From an uncultured Zetaproteobacteria bacterium (GTDB taxonomy: Bacteria > Pseudomonadota > Zetaproteobacteria > Mariprofundales > Mariprofundaceae), in the NCBI GenBank assembly GCA_964458185.1, contig CAYWFG010000008.1, forward strand, positions 2,843-66,842: DNA of 64,000 bases, given 5' to 3'. Positions within the stretch are counted from its first letter, which is position 1. Each line of letters opens with the position of its first letter. Below are positions 26,612 through 35,356 of the stretch, one piece after another. The notes beneath the pieces were generated by a model. That model was not told where the DNA came from. It was given only the letters and a program-made list of their open reading frames with translations, and searched no databases. A program made the position numbers and the translations under genes.

Positions 26612-29600
26612 TTATTTGTGGGCTGCGCGTTCTTTTGCCTGTAATACCATGCCATAAATGACGGGTAGGACTAGCAGGCTTAACAATGTTGCCGTGACCA
26701 TGCCACCAATCATCGGCGCTGCGATGCGTTGCATGACATCGGAGCCTGTGCCTCCGCCCCACATGATCGGCAGTAAACCTGCAATGACGGCGGTGGCTGT
26801 CATGGCAATAGGGCGTACTCGTTGGGTTGTACCACTGGCTACGGCTTCGATGATGTCTTGGGATGATAATGCACCGCGTGTTTCGGCACGGCGTTTGGCG
26901 ACCGATTGATCGATAAAGGTCATCACCAACACGCCGATTTCTGCCGATACCCCTGCTAGCGCAATAAAACCAACAGCGACTGCAACACTCATATTATAAC
27001 CCAAATACCAAACCAGCCAAAAGCCACCAATCAAGGCAAAGGGAATAGAGAGCATGACCACCACAGGTGAGGTGAAATTTCTAAAGTTAAAATACAGCAA
27101 CAAAAAGATCGTCAACAGAGTAATCGGAATCACCACGCGAAGCCGTTCTGCGGCACGTTCCATGTATTCAAACTGACCAGACCACACCAGCGAGTAACCC
27201 GCAGGAATTTTCACTGTTTCTGCCACCTTCTTTTTAGCTTCAGCGACATAACCACCAATATCGGAGGTTTTAATATCGACATAAATCCATGCGTTCGGCG
27301 TGGCATTTTCTGTTTTAACCGATGGGGGGCCACGGCGAAGCTTTAACGTTGTCACCAAAGATAAAGGGATTTGTGTGCCTGTCGGCGTAGGGATCAACAC
27401 CCGTTTAAGTGATTCCATATTATCGCGCAATTCACGCGGATAACGAATATTAATCGGGTAACGCTCTAAGCCTTCCACCGTTTCACTCACATTCATGCCA
27501 CCAATGGCAGATTGAATCACATCTTGCACATCTCCCACCGTTAAACCATAACGAGCAGCTTCTTCACGGTTGATGTCAAAATCAAGGTAATACCCCCCTG
27601 CGGCACGGTCAGCAAAGGCAGACAATGTATCGGGAAGTTGTTTAATAGCGCGTTCAATTTCGCCAGCAACATCTTCTAATACCTGCAAGTCAGGCCCTGA
27701 TAGTTTAATGCCAATCGGGGTTTTAATCCCCGTAGAGAGCATATCAATCCGTGTTTTAATTGGGTATGTCCACGCATTGGCTAGCCCTGGGAATTTGATC
27801 GCAGCATCCATTTCTGCCATCAATTCTTTGGTTGTTTTGCTAGGATCTGGCCATTCCGATTTGGGTTTTAAACGAATGGTAGTTTCTAGCATCGAGAGTG
27901 GTGCAGGGTCAGTGGCTGTTTCTGCACGCCCTACCTTACCAAAGGTATGATGCACTTCAGGGAAGGTTGCCAGAATTTTATCCGTTTGCTGCAATAACTG
28001 CTTTGCCTTGGTAATAGAAATACCAGGGTAAGTCGTTGGCATATAGAGTATATCACCTTCATCCAAGGGCGGCATGAACTCTGAGCCTGTATTCATCAAC
28101 GGGTAGGCTGTTGCACCCAGCAAGATAAGGGCAAAACTTAGCGTGATAAAACGCCAACGCAGCGCAAAACCAAGCAATGGCGCATGCACCGACTTTAAAC
28201 CTTTATTGAGCCAATTATGCTCTTCACTGGGGATTTTTCCGCGAATCATCAGTCCCATCAGCACAGGAACCAAGGTAACGGCAAGCAATGCTGCCGCAGC
28301 CATCGCATAGGTTTTGGTGAACGCCAGCGGTGCAAACAATCGCCCTTCTTGCGCTTGCAAAGTAAACACAGGCAAAAATGATACCGTAATAATCAGCAGC
28401 GAGAAAAATAGCGCAGGACCGACCTCTTTGGAGGCAGCAGTAATCGCCTGCCATCGTGCCGTGGTATTGTTGCTTTGTTCAGGGGTAAGATTTTCTAGGT
28501 GCTTATGGGCATTTTCGATCATCACAATTGCCCCATCAATCATCGCACCAATGGCAATGGCAATACCGCCAAGACTCATAATATTGGCAGATAAGCCCTG
28601 CCATTGCATAATCATAAAAGCGATCAAAATTCCAATTGGCAAACTGATAATTGCCACCAAGGCACTGCGCGCATGCATTAAAAAGATCAAGCAGATGATT
28701 GCCACTACAATCGACTCTTCAATCAATTTACCCTTGAGATTTTCCACGGCACGTTCAATCAAATCACCACGGTCATACACGGGTATAATTTCTACACCTT
28801 CGGGCAAGCCTTCTTTTAGATCATCCAGTTTTTCGCGTACACGTTCAATGGTGGCTAAGGCGTTTTCACCATAACGCATAATAATAATGCCACCGACCAC
28901 TTCGCCTTCACCATTTAGCTCAACCAGTCCGCGCCGCAATTCTGGCCCAATATGAATATTCGCCAGTTGTTTAAGAAAAATTGGCGTACCATTATCATCC
29001 ACACCAACAGGAATGACCTCTAAATCATGCAAGCTTTTGATATACCCCAACCCACGCACCATGTATTCGGTTTCGCTCATTTCCACCAAACGCCCACCAA
29101 CATCATTATTCGAGCGTTGAATGGCATGTTTAATTTTTGCAAGTGGAATATTGTAGGCAAGCATGGCATCAGGGTTTAACTCAATTTGGTATTGTTTAAC
29201 ATAGCCACCAATCGAAGCCACTTCAGATACGCCTTGCACGGTTTGCAAAGGGTAACGTAAATACCAGTCTTGAATCGAACGGAGTTGCGATAAGTCGTGT
29301 TTTCCTGTTTTATCTACCAAGGCGTATTCGTAAATCCAGCCAACACCTGTGGCATCAGGGCCTAACTTTGGCGAGACACTGGCTGGCAAACGGTCTGCTG
29401 CATAATTCAAGTATTCCAGCACCCGCGTCCGCGCCCAATACATATCGGTGCCATCTTTGAAAATAACATAGACCATCGAAAAACCAAAAAACGAATAGCC
29501 CCGTACCACCTTGGTATTCGGCACAGAAAGCATCGCCGTGGTCAACGGGTAGGTTACTTGATCTTCGACAACTTGCGGTGCTTGCCCTTCAAACTGGGTA

Positions 29601-29749
29601 AATACAATCACCTGCACATCAGAAAGATCAGGGATGGCATCCAGTGGCGTGGCTTTCATCGCCTGAAACCCTGCAAACGAAATCAACAATGCAGCAATCA
29701 ATACCAAAAATCGGTTCCGAATGGATACATCAATAAGCGAACGAATCAT
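26612..29749 (-). CDS. cusA: CusA-type (monovalent Cu/Ag) heavy-metal-efflux RND permease, copy 1
   Basis: 1045 aa. TM4 motif IGAMIDGAIVMIEN. Met triad contexts ILYMPT, PLSMLETT and RIDMLSTG. Confidence 0.9.
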   Translation of the reverse strand: MIRSLIDVSIRNRFLVLIAALLISFAGFQAMKATPLDAIPDLSDVQVIVFTQFEGQAPQVVEDQVTYPLTTAMLSVPNTKVVRGYSFFGFSMVYVIFKDGTDMYWARTRVLEYLNYAADRLPASVSPKLGPDATGVGWIYEYALVDKTGKHDLSQLRSIQDWYLRYPLQTVQGVSEVASIGGYVKQYQIELNPDAMLAYNIPLAKIKHAIQRSNNDVGGRLVEMSETEYMVRGLGYIKSLHDLEVIPVGVDDNGTPIFLKQLANIHIGPELRRGLVELNGEGEVVGGIIIMRYGENALATIERVREKLDDLKEGLPEGVEIIPVYDRGDLIERAVENLKGKLIEESIVVAIICLIFLMHARSALVAIISLPIGILIAFMIMQWQGLSANIMSLGGIAIAIGAMIDGAIVMIENAHKHLENLTPEQSNNTTARWQAITAASKEVGPALFFSLLIITVSFLPVFTLQAQEGRLFAPLAFTKTYAMAAAALLAVTLVPVLMGLMIRGKIPSEEHNWLNKGLKSVHAPLLGFALRWRFITLSFALILLGATAYPLMNTGSEFMPPLDEGDILYMPTTYPGISITKAKQLLQQTDKILATFPEVHHTFGKVGRAETATDPAPLSMLETTIRLKPKSEWPDPSKTTKELMAEMDAAIKFPGLANAWTYPIKTRIDMLSTGIKTPIGIKLSGPDLQVLEDVAGEIERAIKQLPDTLSAFADRAAGGYYLDFDINREEAARYGLTVGDVQDVIQSAIGGMNVSETVEGLERYPINIRYPRELRDNMESLKRVLIPTPTGTQIPLSLVTTLKLRRGPPSVKTENATPNAWIYVDIKTSDIGGYVAEAKKKVAETVKIPAGYSLVWSGQFEYMERAAERLRVVIPITLLTIFLLLYFNFRNFTSPVVVMLSIPFALIGGFWLVWYLGYNMSVAVAVGFIALAGVSAEIGVLVMTFIDQSVAKRRAETRGALSSQDIIEAVASGTTQRVRPIAMTATAVIAGLLPIMWGGGTGSDVMQRIAAPMIGGMVTATLLSLLVLPVIYGMVLQAKERAAHK

Positions 29750-29780
29750 CTAAATTCCTTTAATAAAAACAATCAACTAG

Positions 29781-29802
29781 GGGCAGGCCTATCTGCCTGC
29801 CC
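29781..29802. repeat. GC-rich hairpin element GGGCAGGC-CTATCT-GCCTGCCC between cusB and cusA1
   Basis: Its reverse complement, C-GGGCAGGC-AGATAG-GCCTGCCC-CTA, matches the 26581-26606 copy except for one loop base. Confidence 0.6.
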
Positions 29803-29828
29803 GAATAATAAAAAATGACCAACAACAA

Positions 29829-31307
29829 TTATTTAGGCATTTCCATATCGCCCATATTCATGTCATCCATCTTGTCCATATCCATATCGCCCATATCCAT
29901 ACCTTTAGGTGCTACAACCTTAGGTTCTTGTTTCTTCATCATTTTGGCAGTGGCTTCTTTAAGTTTTGACTCAGAGTCAATCAAGAATTGGCTAGAGGTC
30001 ACGACAATCTCACCCTCTTTCAAACCATTAACAATTTGCACCATGCCATCAGCTTCCACGCCCAAAATAACCTTGCGTGGATCAAACTTACCTGCACCAC
30101 GCTGCACAAATACTTGCTCTTGTTCACCCGTGCGCACAATCGCTTCTGATGGAATAACAATGGCATCAACCTGCTTACCCGCTCTCACATTCACATTGGC
30201 AAACATTTCAGGCTTTAGCACCAAATCACTGTTATCAAATTCCAAACGAATTTTAACGGTGCGGGTTTTTGCTTCTAAGTAGGGGTAAATGTAACTTACT
30301 TTACCGATAAAAGTTCTCCCCGGTACGCCAGCGATTTTCATTTCAGCATCATCGCCTTCACGCACCCAAGGTAGATCATCTTCGTACAGATCTACAATCA
30401 CCCAAATATGGGTAAGATCAGCAATCATGTACAATTCAGTGGAAGGTGTGATCCGTTCCCCTTCACGTACGCCAATGTTCATGATTGTGCCATTAAAAGG
30501 TGAGTGGATATGCAGTGCTTTAATGACTTTGCGTGTGCGTTTTAATTTTCTAATTTGATGTTTGGGTACATCCAATAAATCAAGTCGTGAATACGCCGAT
30601 TTCAATAAATTTTTAGCTCCTTCACGCACATCAGGGAAAGGACTGTTCTTTAAAATATCAACGTTGTTTAATGCCAAAATATATTCTTCTTGTGTAGCGA
30701 CCAACTGCGGCGAATAAATCGCCATCAACATCGTATCTTTAGCAACGGTGTCACCCGTCTTGTTGATAAATAATTTTTCTACCCAGCCATCATACTTAGG
30801 GTGCAAACGTGCTACACGCTCTTCATCAAAAGTGACGCGCCCAATGGTGCGAATATCACGCGATAGTGTGATGCGTTTTGCCGTAGTGGTACGAACACCG
30901 ATATTTTGTGCCAGCGTACCATCAATTTTTACCGTGCCAGCCAACGATTTTTCATCACCACCACCATCGGCATACACGGGAATATAATCCATGCCCATTT
31001 CATCTTGCGCAGGAACAGGTGAAGTAATATTGGGATTCATCGGGTTGCGGTAAAACAATACTTTTTTTTCTTTGGGGGAATTCTCTTCGGCATAGACAGG
31101 CACATAATCCATGCCCATAGAATCTTTGGCGGGTACTTTGGATGTAGCCGTAGGATCCATGGCATTACGGTAAAAAAGAATTTTTCGTTCGTTACTAGCC
31201 GCTGGGGTTGAAGGGGATTGATTGGCGTAATACTGATTGCCAAAGTAGCCAGCCCCTGCACCGATAAGCAAGGTGACGATGGCAGTGCCGATAATGGATT
31301 TGTTCAT
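29829..31307 (-). CDS. cusB: CusB-type RND periplasmic adaptor with two N-terminal heavy-metal-binding repeats and a Met/Asp-rich tail
   Basis: Repeats ILFYRNAMDPTATSKVPAKDSMGMDYVPVYAEE and VLFYRNPMNPNITSPVPAQDEMGMDYIPVYADG. MFP barrel/hairpin body. Tail is GMDMGDMDMDKMDDMNMGDMEMPK. Confidence 0.85.
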   Translation of the reverse strand: MNKSIIGTAIVTLLIGAGAGYFGNQYYANQSPSTPAASNERKILFYRNAMDPTATSKVPAKDSMGMDYVPVYAEENSPKEKKVLFYRNPMNPNITSPVPAQDEMGMDYIPVYADGGGDEKSLAGTVKIDGTLAQNIGVRTTTAKRITLSRDIRTIGRVTFDEERVARLHPKYDGWVEKLFINKTGDTVAKDTMLMAIYSPQLVATQEEYILALNNVDILKNSPFPDVREGAKNLLKSAYSRLDLLDVPKHQIRKLKRTRKVIKALHIHSPFNGTIMNIGVREGERITPSTELYMIADLTHIWVIVDLYEDDLPWVREGDDAEMKIAGVPGRTFIGKVSYIYPYLEAKTRTVKIRLEFDNSDLVLKPEMFANVNVRAGKQVDAIVIPSEAIVRTGEQEQVFVQRGAGKFDPRKVILGVEADGMVQIVNGLKEGEIVVTSSQFLIDSESKLKEATAKMMKKQEPKVVAPKGMDMGDMDMDKMDDMNMGDMEMPK

Positions 31308-32602
31308 GGTTGATCCTTAATGGTTTGAATGGGTGTGCCTACGGCAGCTTCAAGGCGTGCCAAGGCTTGATTGGCTGTGCTGATCGCTTTCCAATACTGG
31401 GTTTCGTAGTTGTAACTGGTGATTTGACTGCGCACAAGGTTGAGGAAATCCACCTTGTTCACTTGGTAGCCTGCCAACATCGAAGCAACCGTTTGTGTGG
31501 CTTGGGGGATAATCCCCGTTTTAAACAACAGTGCTTGACGAGTCGCTGTTTGATAATCACTGACCGATTGGCTGATGTCTGTTTCCATGGTTAAGCGGCG
31601 ATCTTCTAGTGCAAAAGTCGCTCGTGCGGTGTCTGCCTCGCGTTGTGCTAATGCGCGGTCTTGTTTGGTATCGGTGAAAATAGGTAAATTCATGCTGAAC
31701 ATAATGCCCGTTAAATCGCTGCGACCTGCCCGCATACCATAATTTCCGCCAAGGGAAAAATCAGGGTAATAATCTTTTTTTGCTAATTCAACACGCGCTT
31801 TTGCTGCATCAATATGCTTGCGCTGCGCATCAAGCCATGGACGCGAAGCCAATGCGGTAGTGCGTAACAGTGATTCATCAGGAAGTGTATTTAATTGTTC
31901 AGAAATAGTTGCAGGCAAGGTGATTTGCGCATCTGCGCGGCGTTGCATCAAGGTGTTGAGTGCCGCCTGTTGATCGCGGCGAGTTCCTTTAAGAGAAATC
32001 TCACTATCTAACAACTTAGATAATTCAAGTTGTGCCAACAATACATCCGATTGTAAGCCTTGCCCTGTTTTGTATTTGCTGTCTGCAATACGAACAAATT
32101 GACGCAATAAACTTTGATTGCGTTGAACGATACGCAATGCTTGATCGACATAAACCAAGTTCCACCAATACATGTGGATATTCCGCTGCAACACCAAGCG
32201 AATTTCAGCGACATCCAACAATGCCGCCTGTGCTACAAAATCAGCACTTTTAGCGCGCAACGCCAACTTACCAGGGTACGGTAAGGCTTGAGTCAAACCT
32301 ACTTGAGTCTGGGTCATTGCTTCACGGCTTAAAGAAGGATTATTCAATGGAACATTCAGTATATTAAAATTAAACCGTGGATCGGGCAAGGTGGATACTT
32401 GCGCGGGGACTTCTGCCAATGCTTTGGCGCGTTCGCTTAAGCCTGTTAAAGCTGGATGCGTGGCAATGCTTTGCACGGCATCTTTTAATGTTAATGCTTT
32501 CGATGCATCTGCACTGTGTGCCGTCACCGTCACACCCCAAGCAAGCAACATACTCGCCAGCACTGCCCGCATGGGGGTCAGTGTATAAAGATAAGGCATC
32601 AT
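31304..32602 (-). CDS. cusC: TolC-family outer membrane factor (CusC-like)
   Basis: 432 aa with two OEP repeats. AGGAGG Shine-Dalgarno. Overlaps the cusB start by 4 nt. Confidence 0.8.
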   Translation of the reverse strand: MMPYLYTLTPMRAVLASMLLAWGVTVTAHSADASKALTLKDAVQSIATHPALTGLSERAKALAEVPAQVSTLPDPRFNFNILNVPLNNPSLSREAMTQTQVGLTQALPYPGKLALRAKSADFVAQAALLDVAEIRLVLQRNIHMYWWNLVYVDQALRIVQRNQSLLRQFVRIADSKYKTGQGLQSDVLLAQLELSKLLDSEISLKGTRRDQQAALNTLMQRRADAQITLPATISEQLNTLPDESLLRTTALASRPWLDAQRKHIDAAKARVELAKKDYYPDFSLGGNYGMRAGRSDLTGIMFSMNLPIFTDTKQDRALAQREADTARATFALEDRRLTMETDISQSVSDYQTATRQALLFKTGIIPQATQTVASMLAGYQVNKVDFLNLVRSQITSYNYETQYWKAISTANQALARLEAAVGTPIQTIKDQP

Positions 32603-32684
32603 ACCCTCCTATTGATAGAGGAATGAATAGTAAAAAGAAAATATGCCTAGAAAGTGTTCACAAGAACAAAAGACACAACGCTAT

Positions 32685-32713
32685 TTTATAATTCATTCCA
32701 GAAAACAACACAA
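32685..32713 (-). promoter_or_regulatory. candidate sigma70 promoter upstream of cusC (TTGTGT-17 nt-TATAAA)
   Basis: Read on the minus strand. The spacer contains one arm (GGAATGAAT) of a 9-bp inverted repeat whose other arm lies at 32620-32628. Confidence 0.3.
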
Positions 32714-32745
32714 CCTTACGTTATGGAATCATAAGAACGATAAAT

Positions 32746-33183
32746 TTAAATAAGTATGCGTTGGGTGGTGGTAAAAAGAAGAGAACTGCTACGCGGCGGC
32801 CCTGTAGGGGTGCGCGATATAAGCATGGAAAGCGTGAATACATGATAGTCTTCACGATCAAGCACAGAAAACATGCTAATATGATCCAGAGACAATAAAG
32901 CAAACACAGCAGAAGAAGCCTGCGTTGGTTCTTCACAATGGAAACAAGCGTGTGCCTGTGGTTGCTGTTGATGCAGGCCTATATCGGCATTGCAATGTTT
33001 TTCTACTTCGGTCAACAGCATGATAGAACCATCATCTGATGGCGTTGCAGGCATATCCGCAGCCATCAAACAAGCAGAAGATAGCAATAACTGTGCTGTA
33101 AAAAGCAAAGCCACGCCAGCCATAAGCCGCTGAAAACCACGATGGTCTGCAAAGTAAGAAAACATGGCGGCAATACTAGGCAT
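32746..33183 (-). CDS. hypothetical membrane-anchored/secreted Cys/His protein
   Basis: Hydrophobic N-segment LMAGVALLFTAQLLLSSACLMA followed by HCNADIGLHQQQPQAHACFHCEEP. Lies 3 nt (TTG start at 33195) or 15 nt (ATG start at 33183) downstream of the FtsX-like gene. No family recognised. Confidence 0.4.
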   Translation of the reverse strand: MPSIAAMFSYFADHRGFQRLMAGVALLFTAQLLLSSACLMAADMPATPSDDGSIMLLTEVEKHCNADIGLHQQQPQAHACFHCEEPTQASSAVFALLSLDHISMFSVLDREDYHVFTLSMLISRTPTGPPRSSSLLFTTTQRILI

Positions 33184-33198
33184 AGTGGGAAGCAAATG

Positions 33199-34401
33199 TC
33201 AAATAACATCAACAGGCTCTAGCCTAGCAGCACGCAGCGCAGGAACCACCGCCGCCAACAGCGTAGCGATAAAAACCAAGCCTACAGTATGCAATAAATG
33301 ATCAGTGTTGATTTCTGTGTAAATCATTGTATCGACATAAAAACGTTGAATGGTGTCCATCTGCCCAGACAAATCAATACCGACATGATGAAACCAACGC
33401 ACGCAGCTTAGCCCCAGTAATGTTCCGAGTGCCACCCCCGTGACACCAAGAATGATGGACTCAACCATGACCATGCCTGCCAAGGTATAACGAGGGCAAC
33501 CCAATGCCAACATGACACCAAACTCATGCACCCGCTCTAGCATACTCATCAACACAGTGTTCATCACCCCTGCAGCAACAATCAATAATACGACACCAAG
33601 AAATATATAATAAAAGACATTCTCTAACTCAACCCACTGTTGCATCATGGGGTACATATCGTACCAACGCATCACTTCGTATTGCTGTGGATTTAATGTG
33701 CCATGCAATTGTTGATAGACACCCTCAAGTTGATCGGCAGGTAACTGCAATAGAATACGCGAAATACGTTGACCCATCCCCAACCATTGTTGCATAAAAG
33801 CTAAGGGGACAATCGCTAATCCACGGTCAATGCCCATTTCACCACTGGAGATGATCCCCACCAAGGTGAACTTTTCGGCGGCTAAAGAACCAAAGCGATC
33901 TTCCGATAACAGTACCAGATCATCGCCGACTGTTATGCCAAGATTACGTGCTGTTGCCGCCCCCACCACACATGCTGTGGTATCATTGTCGTTTAAAAAA
34001 CGCCCACGGTCCACCTTTTGCGCCAAGGTTAAAAGCGTGAGGGAAGGCTCTACCCCCAACAACATCAAGCCTTCAGAAACATCTTCCCCCGCAGCCAATG
34101 CAAAGCCCTGTAATTGACGCGCATAATCATTAACCCCTGCTTGCTTAATCGCAGCATCAACGGTTGTAGCCTGCTGAATATAACGCGATAAACGCGGTGC
34201 GCGGAAATAGCCCTGTTGATGAATTTGTATGCTACCAACAATAGCGCGTTGCATATTGCGGGTCATATTGTTGTGCAGCCCATCGTTAAACCCCCACAAA
34301 AATAACAAAGAGGCAAGACCAATGGTAATCGCAGCCATGGTGATGACACTGCGGCGAGGGTTGCGAAAAATATTACGAAAAGCCATGGCAAACATCATCA
34401 C
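33199..34401 (-). CDS. FtsX-family ABC transporter permease (MacB/LolCE-like), with no adjacent ATPase
   Basis: 400 aa. TM1, a large periplasmic domain, then three C-terminal TM helices. N-terminus AFRNIFRNPRRSVITMAAI is typical of the family. Confidence 0.75.
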   Translation of the reverse strand: MMMFAMAFRNIFRNPRRSVITMAAITIGLASLLFLWGFNDGLHNNMTRNMQRAIVGSIQIHQQGYFRAPRLSRYIQQATTVDAAIKQAGVNDYARQLQGFALAAGEDVSEGLMLLGVEPSLTLLTLAQKVDRGRFLNDNDTTACVVGAATARNLGITVGDDLVLLSEDRFGSLAAEKFTLVGIISSGEMGIDRGLAIVPLAFMQQWLGMGQRISRILLQLPADQLEGVYQQLHGTLNPQQYEVMRWYDMYPMMQQWVELENVFYYIFLGVVLLIVAAGVMNTVLMSMLERVHEFGVMLALGCPRYTLAGMVMVESIILGVTGVALGTLLGLSCVRWFHHVGIDLSGQMDTIQRFYVDTMIYTEINTDHLLHTVGLVFIATLLAAVVPALRAARLEPVDVI

Positions 34402-34490
34402 GAAATCCTTATTTTACTTGCTATTATTTGGCAGGCTTTTAGGTTTCGCTCGCCTTTTGTCAGAAAGGTATTGACCTTATCATAGGTTAA

Positions 34491-34567
34491 CGGGGCGTAG
34501 CGCAGCCTGGTAGCGCACCAGACTGGGGGTCTGGTGGTCGGAGGTTCAAATCCTCTCGTCCCGACCA
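34491..34567 (+). tRNA. tRNA-Pro (anticodon GGG)
   Basis: A 77-nt cloverleaf folded by hand: acceptor CGGGGCG/CGTCCCG, D arm GCGC, anticodon stem CCAGA/TCTGG with loop CTGGGGG, T arm GGAGG-TTCAAAT-CCTCT, encoded CCA, then a T-run. Confidence 0.9.
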
Positions 34568-34712
34568 TACTTTTTTTATCAGCGTATCATGGCGTATAAA
34601 AAATGGAATACCAACACTTGCGCACTTTTATCCACTTATTTTTTCTTTTAGTCTTTGACTGCCGCTTATCCTCCTACTCGGTTAGTCAGGGCTTGCACTC
34701 AAATTTTCTCCT

Positions 34713-35354
34713 ATGAGCCAACTTCATGGTTTTCATCGTGCGCGCCAACGAATGGTGACTGAACAATTATCTAAACGTGGCATCAAAGATAAACGGGTGC
34801 TGCAAGCGATGTGCGATATTCCTCGTCATCAATTTGTGAGTCCTGCCATGGCAGCCCATGCCTACCAAGACTCTGCCTTACCCATTGGTGAAGGACAAAC
34901 GATATCACAACCTTATATGGTTGCACGAATGTGTGAGCTATTGAACCTGCGAGGCAATGAACGTGTCTTGGAGATTGGTACAGGCTGTGGTTATCACACC
35001 GCTATTTTGGCTCAATTGTGCTACCGTGTGTACAGCATCGAACGCATTCAATCATTGCATACGCAAGCAAAAGCAAATTTGCGTGCTATCGGTCAACACA
35101 ATGTGTTACTTAAATGCGCTGATGGTTTACAGGGCTGGAACGGCTTTGCTCCTTTTGATGCAATTGTTGTTACTGCTGGCGGTGCATTATCTCAAACATG
35201 GCTCAAACAATTACAATCAGGCGGTGTATTACTGATGCCTGAAGGTGATCAAGGGGAGCACCGCCTAATGCATCATCGTATAGAAAAGGGTGTAGTTCGC
35301 AGATCTCAACATGATCTGTGTTCTTTTGTGCCATTGCGCCAAGGGGTGCAATAG
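34713..35354 (+). CDS. pcm: protein-L-isoaspartate O-methyltransferase
   Basis: GQTISQPYMVARMCELL and VLEIGTGCGYHTA SAM motif. Confidence 0.9.
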   Translation: MSQLHGFHRARQRMVTEQLSKRGIKDKRVLQAMCDIPRHQFVSPAMAAHAYQDSALPIGEGQTISQPYMVARMCELLNLRGNERVLEIGTGCGYHTAILAQLCYRVYSIERIQSLHTQAKANLRAIGQHNVLLKCADGLQGWNGFAPFDAIVVTAGGALSQTWLKQLQSGGVLLMPEGDQGEHRLMHHRIEKGVVRRSQHDLCSFVPLRQGVQ

Positions 35355-35356
35355 TC

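Noticed and set aside
23402-29749. The tandem cusA genes as an assembly duplication artefact
   Set aside because: The two copies differ extensively at the nucleotide level, including codon usage and start regions. They differ in about a quarter of residues and have distinct intergenic regions.
34457-34490. Promoter for tRNA-Pro (TTGTCA or TTGACC with TATCAT)
   Set aside because: The spacer lengths (15 nt or more than 20 nt) are non-optimal and several alternatives fit equally poorly.
34402-34567. tRNA-Pro as the integration site of a metal-resistance genomic island
   Set aside because: The cluster lies on the 5' side of the tRNA. I found no integrase and no direct repeat of the tRNA 3' end. 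The cluster's GC looks like the surrounding core genes.
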